Part shown: in pieces, positions 23,140 through 34,309 of the stretch
How the letters are laid out: each line of letters starts with the position of its first letter
Numbering within the stretch: position 1 is the first letter of the stretch
Assembly (NCBI GenBank): GCA_964016885.1
Contig: OZ024742.1
Coordinates: 244,652,001 to 244,716,000 of the forward strand
Source: Eledone cirrhosa
Lineage: Eukaryota
Reading direction: 5' to 3'
DNA: 64,000 nucleotides
Program-made: the position numbers and the translations under genes
The notes under the pieces: generated by a model
The model's input: only the letters and a program-made list of their open reading frames with translations
The model's database searches: none
What the model was told of the DNA's origin: nothing

Positions 23140-23739
23140 ATGGTGGTGCAGTTGGAGGTGGGAATGGTGGGCAAATTGATGTAGAAAAAGCAAAAGTTAC
23201 TAGATAGGAAGGCTGGCAATGAAATAGGTTTGGGGGTGGTGAGGGTGTTTGTGGTTTGGTTGGGGGTGTAAATATCAATGTAAAGTGTATTGAAAAGAAT
23301 GCCAGAGAAGAGTTGGATAGGAGGAATTGAAATTTAAGAGAAACAGAAAATAATAATTACATGATGAAATGAAAGGGGGAAAAATTTTTTGAAAAGTGTG
23401 GTGGTTGTTGTGGGAAGTTGTGATGGTAGTGATGATATTATTAGTGATAGAGGTGGTGGTGGTGGTAGCAGATAATGTTGGTGGTGGGGAGTGAATGAGT
23501 GGAGACAGGGTGGAGGAGGCAATGAAGTCAGATGATGTTGTTGGTGGGGGATAAGATGTGTGGCAATAGAGATGGTTATGAAGTTAGGTGCTGTTGGGAG
23601 GAGAGGGGAGGGATAGATGTACGTGTGGACGTGGAGATGGGGGAAGTTGGATTGTGCTGGTGGAGGAATGTAATATAGTGGTGGTGGTGGATATGGAGAT
23701 GGCTGTAGAGCTAGATTGTGCTAGTGAGAAGGGTGGGTG

Positions 23740-23770
<31 letters not shown>

Positions 23771-24052
23771 CGAGAGAGAGACTGATAGATATATATATAT
23801 AGCAGAGGGTGAGAGATTGTGCTGGTGGAGGAATGCAATATAATGGGGGTTGGGATGGCTATAGAGTGTGCTGGTGGGGGTAAAATATGTGATAGTGGAG
23901 TTGGGGATGGTGGTGAATGCAGAAGTGGTGATGGCAATAGAAGTGAAGGTGGTGGAATGCCAGTGGGGTGGGTGGTGCTGGAGTATTTATTAACAATGAT
24001 GAAATAATGGTGATGGTGGAGGTGGTGGTGAGGTATAGTAAGCTAGAGAGTG

Positions 24053-24090
<38 letters not shown>

Positions 24091-24923
24091 AAAAAAAGAA
24101 TGAATGACAGAAAGAAAGAAAGAAGTTAAGCGAGAGGGGTTAGGGAAGAGAAGAAAGGAGAAAATAAACTGGTCAGAATGAAAGAGAAAGTAAAAGTTGG
24201 GTCTCCCCTAATTTTTGACGAGAATTGTTTGGGATGTGGTGTAGGTATTGAGAATATTTCACAGATGTATAGTAGATGGCTGTGGTGATAAACTTGACAG
24301 GAAGAGCCTATAAAATATTGGCATACATTACTGACTGTTTACTTAATCTCGGCACAAAAGGTTATTTTAGTATATTCAGGTATCAGTAACAGACTCTCTG
24401 GTCTTTAGAGAAAAGAAGTAAAGAAACAGAATGAAAGAAAGTAAAAATAAAATGAATGAATAAATAAATATCATTTTGGAAATACTAATCAGAATGATAG
24501 AAAGAAGAAATAAGATGATGTTTGTTCAAGGGAGAAGGAATAAGGGGGTGGGTGGGGGAAGAGATAAGAACAGGAAGAGTGAGAAAAATAGCAGGCTGGA
24601 GTATGAGAGGCAGCAAGTAGGAAGGGCTAAAGAAGCTTGCAGAGATAGAGAATGGATGTGACTGTATGTATATATATATATATATATATGTATATATGTG
24701 TGTGTGTGTGTGTGAATGTTTGTTGTGTTCGGTGGGGGTTGGAGTGGGGGGAGGTGATGATGTGAGGGAGGGGTGGTGATAAATGGGGAGGGGGGAGCTG
24801 GAAGAATGATAGAAAGAGAAATGTGACAGAAGAAGAAAGGGAGATAGCAAAAAAAGGGAGGAGGAGGTAAGAGAGACAAAGGGGTGGCTGCAAAGATGTG
24901 CGTGTTCGTTAGTGTGTGTGTGT

Positions 24924-24971
<48 letters not shown>

Positions 24972-26260
24972 GGGGGGGGGGGGGGGGGTAAGGACTAAGG
25001 GAAGTATTAGAATATGAAATAAACAAGACAGAAAAAGACACAAATACACATATTAAGAAAGAGGGTGGTGGTGGTGGTGGTGGTGATGATGGAGGTTGTA
25101 GTGGTGGTGGTGGCGATGGTGGTTGTAGTAGTGGTCGTGGTGGGGAGGAAAGTTAGAGAGATGAGACAAGTACACATTAATGAGTAGAGAAAGAGAGATA
25201 AAGACGCACGCGTACATCTCACCCATACCCACCCCACACCAATTCCACCCCACCTCACAAATATAGAGAAGGAAAAGGGGGAGGTTGTAGATTTGTAGAT
25301 GAAAACAGTAGAGAAGAGAACAAGGAAAAAAAGGTAGAAAGAGAAAGGAAAAAAGAGTGAGTAAAGGTGAGAAACGTGTGTATATATGTATGTGTGTGTG
25401 TATATATGTGTGTGTATACATATGTATGTGTGTACATGTACATGTGAAAATGGTGAGATTACAGTGTCTGTGTGTGTGTACATGTGAAAGTGGTGAAATT
25501 ACGGCGTGTGTGAGTGTGTAAGTGTAAATGTGAAAGTGTTAAGGTTACAGTGTATGTGCGTACATGTGAAAGTGTTGAAATTACAGTGTGCGTGTAAGTG
25601 TACATGTGAAAGTGTTGAAATTACAGTGTGGGTGTGTAAGTGTACATGTGAAAGTGTTGAAATTACAGTGTGTAAGTGTACATGTGAAAGTGTTGATATT
25701 ACAGTATCTGTGCGTGAGTACATGTGAAGGTGGTGAGATTACACTGAATGTGTAAAGTTGGTGAAATTACAACGTAGTGTGTGTGTAAAGATAGGAGATG
25801 GCTGTATGTGTGTGTGTGTGTAAAGATAGCGACGGGGAGATGGCTGTGTGTGTGTGTGTGTGTAAAGGTAGAGATTATTGCGTGTGTAAGAAAGCAGTGT
25901 GAAGTATATGAGCACTGTATATGCTGTGTGTGTGAGAGAGAGGGGGCAGTGTATGCATTAAGGTATAAAAAATGTGAGTTGGTAGTGTATATGAGAGAGT
26001 GTGAGAGAGATCAGTGTATCTGTGAGAGAGAGAGAGAGCGAGAGAATGTGTGTGTGAGAGAGGGAGAGAGAGATCAGTGTATCTGTGTGTGTGTGAGAGT
26101 AAACGAGAGATCAGTGTATCGGTGTGTGTCTGTGTGATGGAGGGAGAGAGGGAGTGAAAGAGAGAGATCAGTGTGTCTGTGAGAGAGAAGGATAAGTGTG
26201 TGTGAGAGAGAGAAAGAGAAGAAAGTAAGAGAAACAGAAAGAGAAAAGCGAAGAAATTCT
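23140..26260. repeat. Purine/G-skewed low-complexity block: (GA)n, (GT)n, (GGT)n, (TA)n and a long poly-G run near 24971
   Basis: Visible directly in the sequence. Confidence 0.9.
25435..25770. repeat. About 40-bp minisatellite, about 8 units
   Basis: Unit tacatgtgaaagtgttgaaattacagtgtg...; unit starts near 25439, 25479, 25561, 25601, 25643, 25679, 25719. Confidence 0.85.
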
Positions 26261-26767
26261 TTCATCATTCAAAACTAATCTGTCCAAAAATTGTCATCGG
26301 AAACATAGATTCTTTGTTGTCAGCAATACGCATAGTTTAGTGTGGCTGTTGTGGTGGCTGCAAATGGAGCGGTACAGTAGCAAGAGCGGCAAACATGCAA
26401 AATATAATTGAATATTGGAGAATAGCATCTTTCCCTGGAGGGTGGTGGTGATGGTGGGATGGGAGGTGGGTGACAGGAGACAGCTTCTCCTGAAAATTGT
26501 TGTCTTGCTGGTTAACGATAACATTAGCAATGTAGTGTGACATTCAAGGCATTGACTTTCAGAAATAAATCAAGTAGGTTCCATTCTAGTTCACAGCTTA
26601 ATTTCTTTCTTTTTTTCTTTCTTTCCCCCACCCCAGTTTTCTTCTTCTCCTTCTTCTTCCTGTCTATCTATTTAGCTCTTCACTATATTTTAAATATAAA
26701 CTATTTTATATGTGGAGAAGTGCAAGAGTAAAGTTGAGTGCCTTTCCTGGTGTCAATATTTATTGGA

Positions 26768-26941
26768 ATTGGCAGTATCGGTAGAGGGTCGGACGCCATG
26801 CTTTCCAGCATAGTTACGTCCCTTTACGATCCGAGTTCAAATCTCGCCGAGGTTGACTTTGCCTTTCATCCTTACGGGGTCGATAAAATAAAGTACCAGT
26901 AATGTACTGGGTAATTGCTGGCCTTGTGCCAAAAGTAGAAA
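26768..26941 (+). mobile_element. SINE family A, young copy with CpGs retained
   Basis: Consensus-like sequence; TSD caatatttattg. Confidence 0.9.
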
Positions 26942-27054
26942 CAATATTTATTGAAGTTTAAAGGATATCTTTTTTTTTTAAGACATGGCTGTGTGGTCAA
27001 GAATCTAAGAAGTTTCAAGTTTGACCCCCCCCCCCCACCAACGACTAATAAGTA

Positions 27055-28573
27055 TACTGAGAAAACTAGGCGTTGACGAATGGCTTGTGAGGGCTATACA
27101 AGCCATGTATAAAGAAACAGTCAGCAAGGTTAGAATTAACAACGAATATAGTGAAGAGTTTAGCGTAAAAGTTGGCGTCCATCAGGGCTCTGTTCTCAGC
27201 CCCCTACTATTTATTATTGCCCTTCAGGCTATAACAGAGGAGTTCAAGACAGGCTGCCCGTGGGAACTCCTATACGCAGACGACCTGACACTCATAGCGG
27301 AATCAATGGCCGAGCTAGAGAAGAAATTCCAAACATGGAAGCATGGCCTAGAGTCAAAAGGACTTAAAATTAACCTGGCTAAGACCAAAGTTCTAGTTTG
27401 TAGGAAAGAAAACAAGGCGGCGGTCCCTTCTGGGAAATGGTCGTGCTCGGTGTGTAGGAAAGGCGTAGGTAGAAACTCCATTTTATGTCCTAAATGCAAA
27501 GTATGGGTGCATAAAAGATGTAGTGGGATCACAGGTAAGCTAACTAAGAACATAGATTTTACATGTGGCCGGTGTTCTGGTGCAATAAGTAGCAGCAAGT
27601 GCCCACAAAATACTAGCTCTTTCAATTGCGCAGAGGGTTCTATAGAAATAGTGGACAGCTTCCGTTACCTGGGCGATAAAATCAGCAGTGGGGGAGGGTG
27701 CTCTGAAAGTACTGTAGCTAGAGTCAGAACTGGTTGGAAAAAGTTCAGAGAGCTTATACCACTATTAGCTGCTAAAGGGTTCTCCCTAAAAATGAAAGGC
27801 AGGTTGTACGATGCCTGCATACGAACAGCAATGTTGCATGGCAGTGAGACCTGGGCATTGTGTGCAGAGGATATACGCAGACTAGAGAGGAACGAAGCTT
27901 GCATGCTCCGCTGGATGTGTAACAGTAATATACGTGAACGGCAAAGCATAAACGAACTAAGGAAAAAATTAGAGATAAGAGGGATCAGATGTTGTTTACT
28001 CGAGAGAAGGCTACGTTGGTATGGACATGTGATGCGCATGAAAGTCGATAGCTGTATAACAAAGTGCAGGGCAATAAAGATAGACGGTAGCCACGGAATA
28101 GGCAGACCTAGAAAAACCTGGGACGAGCTGATAAACTCCGACCTCACACACTTACACCTCTCCAAGACAATGTCACTGGACCGAGACCTTTGGCGGTACT
28201 CAGTAACAGAGAAGACCCGCCTTGCCAGTAGGCATCTCTAACAAAATACACCCCGTCCCGCCACCACCCCCACCCCATCCACACCACCCCGTTCTATGTA
28301 AAGTTATGTTGGGGCCGCGCCATCCAGGCTGAAACAAATGAGATCGTGTAGGTGTCACGACAAAAAAACACAGTCCACACTGTAATGTGGCCGTGTAGGC
28401 AACACGGTAAAAACCTCCCAGACCCACACTGTAAATGTGGTTGGTGTTAGGAAGGGCATCCAACTGTAGAAAACCTGCCAGACAGTCCTATGCGAGCAAG
28501 ACAATCACTCTTGCCTCAAGTGGGACTACCCCCGTCCAAACCCATGCAAGCGTGGAACACGGACGTTAAACGT

Positions 28574-28602
<29 letters not shown>
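27055..28602 (+). mobile_element. 5'-truncated RTE-clade LINE: RT C-terminal half with PHD finger, 3' UTR, (GAT)n tail
   Basis: Uninterrupted frame to the stop at 28241 with GVHQGSVLSPLLF, LLYADDL, KINLAKTK, FRYLG, LRWYGHVMRM, GRPRKTW; UTR ends ggacgttaaacgtt(gat)n. Confidence 0.95.
27057..28241 (+). CDS. Partial reverse-transcriptase ORF of the RTE LINE; the 5' codons of the ORF-track call are not part of the element
   Basis: RT motifs YADD and YLG; C4HC3 cluster at 27444-27575. Confidence 0.9.
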   Translation: MRKLGVDEWLVRAIQAMYKETVSKVRINNEYSEEFSVKVGVHQGSVLSPLLFIIALQAITEEFKTGCPWELLYADDLTLIAESMAELEKKFQTWKHGLESKGLKINLAKTKVLVCRKENKAAVPSGKWSCSVCRKGVGRNSILCPKCKVWVHKRCSGITGKLTKNIDFTCGRCSGAISSSKCPQNTSSFNCAEGSIEIVDSFRYLGDKISSGGGCSESTVARVRTGWKKFRELIPLLAAKGFSLKMKGRLYDACIRTAMLHGSETWALCAEDIRRLERNEACMLRWMCNSNIRERQSINELRKKLEIRGIRCCLLERRLRWYGHVMRMKVDSCITKCRAIKIDGSHGIGRPRKTWDELINSDLTHLHLSKTMSLDRDLWRYSVTEKTRLASRHL

Positions 28603-28604
<2 letters not shown>

Positions 28605-28793
28605 TCCCATGCAGGGAAACATTCATTAAATAATGATGATGATGATGTTATATATACCTGACCTAGCATTGCCCACAACTCGTCTAACCCATGCTAGCGT
28701 GGAAATATGGACGTAAAATGGTGAGATGATGGTTATGTGTGTGTGTGTATTGTATATATATATATATGTGTATTGTATATATATATATATATA

Positions 28794-28889
28794 TTTCAAA
28801 ACAGTGGGGCACAAAGGACAAAGACAACATAAAAACAAACAGGTCCTTTTTTCTGTTGTCTTTGTCCTGTGCATCCCACTGTTTTGAAA
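28794..28889. repeat. Short fold-back (arms about 40 bp)
   Basis: tttcaaaacagtgggg-cacaaaggacaaagacaaca versus tgttgtctttgtcctgtgcatcccactgttttgaaa. Confidence 0.8.
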
Positions 28890-28929
28890 TCCATATTCAA
28901 AAGTGTTAGCCACGCAAGCCTCTTTTTAA

Positions 28930-29200
28930 CATCATTATCATCATCATTGTTTAACATCTATCTTCCACACTAGCATGGGTTAGACAGGTTTGTCCCACTT
29001 GAGATAAGATTGGTTGGGTGACCGTGTCTCACTCGTATAGAACTGTTTCTGGATGGTTTTCCATGGCTGGATGCCTTTCCTAAAGCCAACCACATTTACA
29101 GTGTGGGCTGGGAGCTTTTTTACCACATCTCCTACAGACCACTTTACAGGGTGGGCTGGATGTTCTGTGCTACCAACATAATTTTACAGAGAAAGGGCAG
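28930..29200 (-). mobile_element. RTE-PHD 3' UTR copy, opposite orientation to the 27-kb element
   Basis: (cat)n tail, ccacactagcatgggttagac, ggctggatgcctttcctaa. Confidence 0.85.
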
Positions 29201-29509
29201 TATTCTCCACCAACAAATCACAACCCCCAACCCCATAGTAGCTATTCTTAACATTAATGTACACCCAATCCCTACTCTATCCGGGGTCATCCACCCTCTA
29301 CTCCAGATCTCCCATTCTTTAAAATCCTGACACACTAGTCATAACTCCTTAATAGTTGCTATCGTCACAGTAACTCTCACATTGCCGGAGATCACCCCCT
29401 CCCATTTACCATCCCTCATTCTAACAAATCCTTCCACACATAGCATCTTCCCATGATATGCACCCCACACTCATTCATAGAGCAGAGAATGCTCTTCAGT
29501 TAAGTCAAT

Positions 29510-30040
29510 GACTGACAACCTTTCTAGTGCTGGTACCATGAAAAATGCACCCAGTACACCCTGAAAAATGGTTGGCAATATGAAGGATATCCTGCTGTAG
29601 AAACCATGCAAAAAGGTTAGAGAGGACTCTTTAGTTGTATCAAGGGCACAACAACCTAATGTTGGTGATTTACATGATAAACAAACCCAGTACATTCTGT
29701 AAAGTGGTTGGTGATAGGTGGGGCATCCAGCCTTAGAAAACTTGTCAAAGAGTTGGGAGAATTCTTCAGTTGTGACATAGACATGACAATTTTCCTAGTG
29801 TTGGTGATCTACATGATAAACGATCATCCAGTACAGTGGTTGGTGATATGAAGGGCATACACTGTAGAAAACCTGCCATTTAAATGGTTAGGACTCCTCC
29901 TCAGCTGAGTCAATGACATGACAACCTCTCTAGTGTTGGTGCTACAATAGATGAGCTCAGTAGAGTGTTGGATTGCATCAGTACTGACCAGTCTTGCTTG
30001 AAAGGAAAATAGATGTTAACAATGATGATGGTGATGATGA
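29510..30040 (+). repeat. Degenerate tandem (about 135 bp x4) of an RTE 3' UTR segment
   Basis: Recurring acaac...tagtgttggtg...cccagtaca...gtggttggtg...gggcat...tagaaaa blocks near 29513, 29650, 29785, 29920; ends in (gat)n. Confidence 0.6.
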
Positions 30041-30939
30041 TATATATATATATATACGTTTATTTATTGTACTTTGAAAATACTACCTCCGAGATAGTAT
30101 TTACTAACTATAACAACCACTGATAAAAGCACCCAGTACATGCAGTAAACTGGTGTTAGGAAGGGCATCGATATTTGGACCTAGATGGGTAGTCATCAGA
30201 AGGCATGTATATCATCCAAACAACAAGGAAACATGCATTTGATGGGTTTATATACCCATTTATTCATAGTAATATTCAGAAGTGGACGTACTAATTTGCA
30301 GGTAATTTATCTGATACAGTAGTGGCTTACAAGTTGAGAGATTGATTGGTTCAAATGCTAGAATGTACAGAATGATTGGAAATATACTTATGTCACCATG
30401 ACTCAGTCAAACAAATTCTAAACATTGACTGAAAACAAGCCAAGAGCCTTAACATAATTGCTTGACCTGATAGAAATACCAACCACATTGCCCTCAAATC
30501 ACATCCTATGATCTGAAAATAAAGGGAATGATTCATTAAATAATTTAGACATAAATAACCCTAACAAGACAAAATGGTTATGATGATGATGATATATATA
30601 TATATATAAAATACAATGATATATATAGAGTGAGATAATTATGTGAGGTAAAGCCTTTACTGCAAAAATACAATAGTATATATAGAGTAATGTAAATGCT
30701 AAAGGGTTAATACAAGTGTTAAGTGGACTCATAGAGCAAATATAACATTGAAAATAAGACCAAATACTGTTAATTACATCATATTTTAATTAACACTGAT
30801 AAAAATTGAAGGAAGCCTTAGGTGATGAAAGCTGACCTTGCGCAACTGAACCCCTCAAAGACAATGACCCAGGATTAAGATTTTTGGCGTTGCACGGTAA
30901 TACAAAAGACATGCCTTCCCATGCACACAGACTCAAACA

Positions 30940-31458
30940 TACACCTAGTAGGCATCTCTTAACCACCTTACTCTGAACAAAATATATCCAGCACACACTG
31001 TTAAGTGGTCGTGTAGGTGTCACGACAAAAAACACCCAGCACATACTGTTAAGTGGTCGTGTAGGTGTCACAACAAAACGCACCCAGCCCAAATTATAAA
31101 GTGGTCGTGTAGGTGTCACAACAAAAAACACCCAGCACATACTGTAAAGTGGTAGTGTAGGTGTCACAACAAAAAGCACCCAGCACATACTGTAAAGTGG
31201 TAGTGTAGGTGTCACAACAAAAAGCACCCAGTACACACTGTAAAGTAGTTATGTACATGTCACAACAAAAAGCACCCAGAGCACACTGTAAAGTGGTTGT
31301 GTAGGTATCGCAACAAAAAGCACACAGTACACACTGTAAAGTGGTCATGTACATGTCACAACAAAAAGTACCCAGAACACACTGTAAAGTGGTCGTGTAG
31401 GTATCACAACAAAAAGCACCCAGTACACACTGTAAATGTGGTTGGTGCTAGGAAGGGC
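30940..31458 (+). repeat. RTE-PHD 3' UTR with the 48-bp unit expanded to about 9-10 copies
   Basis: Starts agtaggcatctc (ORF end, cf. 28227), array about 30985-31435, then gtggttggtgctaggaagggca. Confidence 0.9.
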
Positions 31459-31459
31459 A

Positions 31460-32200
31460 GTTGACAAAAATAAGGACTAGCAAAAGTGACTTAAAAGTTG
31501 AAACTGAAGCCCTTATTTTTGCAGCCCAGGAACAGGCATTGAAAAACTATATCAAGTGAATTCCCCACTTTGTAGGTTGTGTAGTGAGAAAGGTGAGACA
31601 CTAAACCACATTATTAGTGAATCTAAGATGCTTTCTCAGAAAGAGTACAAGAGAATGCATGACAACATTGCCAGATTGGTTCATTGAAAGCTATGTCATA
31701 AGTATGGCATGAGCAGAAGTAACAAATGGTATGAGCACCAACAAGAAAGGGTTGCTGAAAACAAACTATAAGATCTTGTGGGACATAACCATCCAGTGCG
31801 ACCATTTTATTGTGGCTAGAGAGCATGATATTCTTGTCGTAGGGGAGAAGAATAACAAGAGAAGGGAAGTGGGAAATTTGAGAAATACCAGGAGCTGAGG
31901 AGGGAAATCGGGAAACTATGGAGAATCAGCCACTTAGAAGAGGTACTGGTTGTGGTTGGCACACTGGGAGCAGTTAGTAAGAGGTATGCATGGTTTGAGA
32001 AGCTAGGAATTACCATCAGGACAGGATTGTTGCAGAAAACAGCTTTGCTAGGAACAGCAAGGATTCTAAGGAAGGTGTTAGAAAGTTGAAAGAGAAGGAA
32101 TGACCCAAAGGACTTTTGGCCATTCACTATGGCTCACTCTTTTGGTAGAGTGTTGGTATAACATCTGCCAGAGCAAAAGCATTACGAATGATGATAATAA
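31460..32200 (+). mobile_element. Decayed R4/Dong-like non-LTR retrotransposon 3' part (RLE type)
   Basis: Across frames: DLKVETEALIFAAQEQAL, LCRLCSEKGETLNHIISE, YKRMHDNIA, KILWDITIQCDH, KYQELRREIGKLW, VVVGTLGAV, LLQKTALLGTARILRKVL; ends in (TGA/TAA)n. Confidence 0.75.
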
Positions 32201-32620
32201 TGGTTTCTTATATAGGCACAAGGTCAGCAATTTTGGGTGAGGGGAAAGTCAATTAAATCGTTCCTAGCTGCATTACTGGTACTTTATTTTATCGACCCCT
32301 GTAAGGATGAAAGGTGAAGTTAACCTCGGTGGGATTTGAACTCAGAACATAAAATGCTGTTACTCTATGCTGAAAAGCATGGCATCCGACCCTCTACCAA
32401 TACTGCCAATCCACCATCCTTATAAATAATACTAATCATTTCTACTATAGGCACAAGGCCATTAATTTGGGTGGAGGGGAAAGTTAATTAAATCAACCCC
32501 AGTACATTACTGGTGTTTATTTTATCGACCCTGTAAGGATGAAAGGCAAAGTTAACCTCGGCGGGAGACTGTAAAGGACCGTAACTCTATGCTGAAAAGC
32601 ATGGTGTCTGACGCTCTAAT
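32200..32620 (-). mobile_element. Two tandem SINE family A copies
   Basis: Reverse complements of family A at about 32200-32420 and 32437-32618. Confidence 0.85.
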
Positions 32621-33182
32621 AATAATGATAATAATATAACATCCATTTTTCCAAGCTGGCATATGACAAGCTTCAACAAATATTTCCTTCCTCTTTTATT
32701 CACATGGTATTTATTAACCTGAAGATATAGTAGGACACTTATCTAAACTAATGTGTAGTGGGATTGAACCACCAAATGTTTATAAAGTAAACTTTTTATC
32801 TCTACAACTATGTAGATGAAATATGTTGAGAAGTGAGTAAACAGAGATGAATACATAGCTTGTAAAGTAGACATGAAATTAAATAAAACTGAAACTGTTA
32901 TAATTGAATTCAGAAGCCTCCATTTTTGATGATTTTAATACCAAAATAGTTCCTATGTAGGATTAGTTTAACATACGATTTTATTGTTGTTTGATGAAGC
33001 CCAAAGAATTACCGGATAAGTCAATTCAGCAAATTAAGGTTCAGTTATTAATGAATTTATATAATCTTTACTGTTAACTGGTTAACTATTTGAGCTGACC
33101 ATTATAGTTTAATTGCTCAGAAAGGTCAAGTCAAGTTGATTGGACTAAGACCAAAAATAAAAATACGAAGATGTTTCTTTAA

Positions 33183-33390
33183 CCCTTTAGTATTTACATT
33201 ACTTTATATTTACTATTGTATTTTCACAGTAAAGGCTTTATGTCACATAATATCGAATCTATGAGATTTCGATATTATTTATTTTGAGAACAATACCTTA
33301 ACATCAGTATGAGCTGCCAGTTATGGTTGGTTTGAACAGAAAGAGGCGAGAAATTTCTGGCCAGATACGACCGGTTTAAATGCTAAAGGA
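33183..33390. mobile_element. piggyBac-like MITE
   Basis: TTAA|CCCTTTAG ... TGCTAAAGGA. Confidence 0.8.
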
Positions 33391-34265
33391 TTATGAAGTG
33401 AAAATTGTTATAACAATATAAGAATCAGTAAAGACCTTGTTGAGTTGAAAGAAAACAAATAATTATGGGTCAACCAATGAGATGACAGCTCCCCACCACC
33501 AAAAAAAAGGTGCTGTTTCTATGCAGACCTGTGTAAAGCATAAATAGTGACAAAATGTCGCAACAACTCTAACAGATAGCTCTCACTTGAGATACACTAG
33601 TGGCTGAAATAATCATTCAATGTTTAAATAAATAGATTAAGATTGCCTTCATGAGCCAGAGGGTCTTTTCTCAGTTGAACAAGAGGAACAATTTAACAAG
33701 TGACATCTAAAAGAAAGTCACAGTTGTATTTATTTGGTCAGGTATTAAGTAAAGGTTGAGGATGAGGTGAAGAAAGTGCATGTTAAAGGTTGTGTATCAC
33801 TGTAGGGATTGATGATGAATCAACAGCACATGAACAGATTCATATGTAATGGAGGATGCAGAGCTGATTGATGATAGCAAAGAACTGGAAAAGTAGCTTG
33901 CTAATGGATGCATTCAAATTGTCTGTCCATTATTAACATTTAGGTATTGTTTACAACAAGTCGTTCTTTCTATTTTCCTCTTTTTCTACATCTTTTTTCT
34001 CTTTCTACTTCTTTCAATATCTCAGTGGTTTTTCTTTCACTGCAATCCTTACTATTCATACACCTTTCTTTCTTTATCTCTATCTATCAGCTTCTCTTTC
34101 TCTTACACACACACACACATACATATTTATATTTACATATTCATGTGTACACAAACACTCCTGCTTTCTCTTCCACACACATACACACACATCTTTCTCT
34201 TATGGAGACACTTTTTAAAATTTTGACAATGAAATAGTGGACATCATAAATAAAAGGCCATGTAG

Positions 34266-34309
<44 letters not shown>

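Noticed and set aside
23334-26268. Many 60-170 aa ORFs rich in His, Thr, Pro or Val-Cys
   Set aside because: Translations of microsatellites and low-complexity tracts
27224-28165. Two long minus-strand ORFs
   Set aside because: Antisense shadows of the RT frame with no independent motifs
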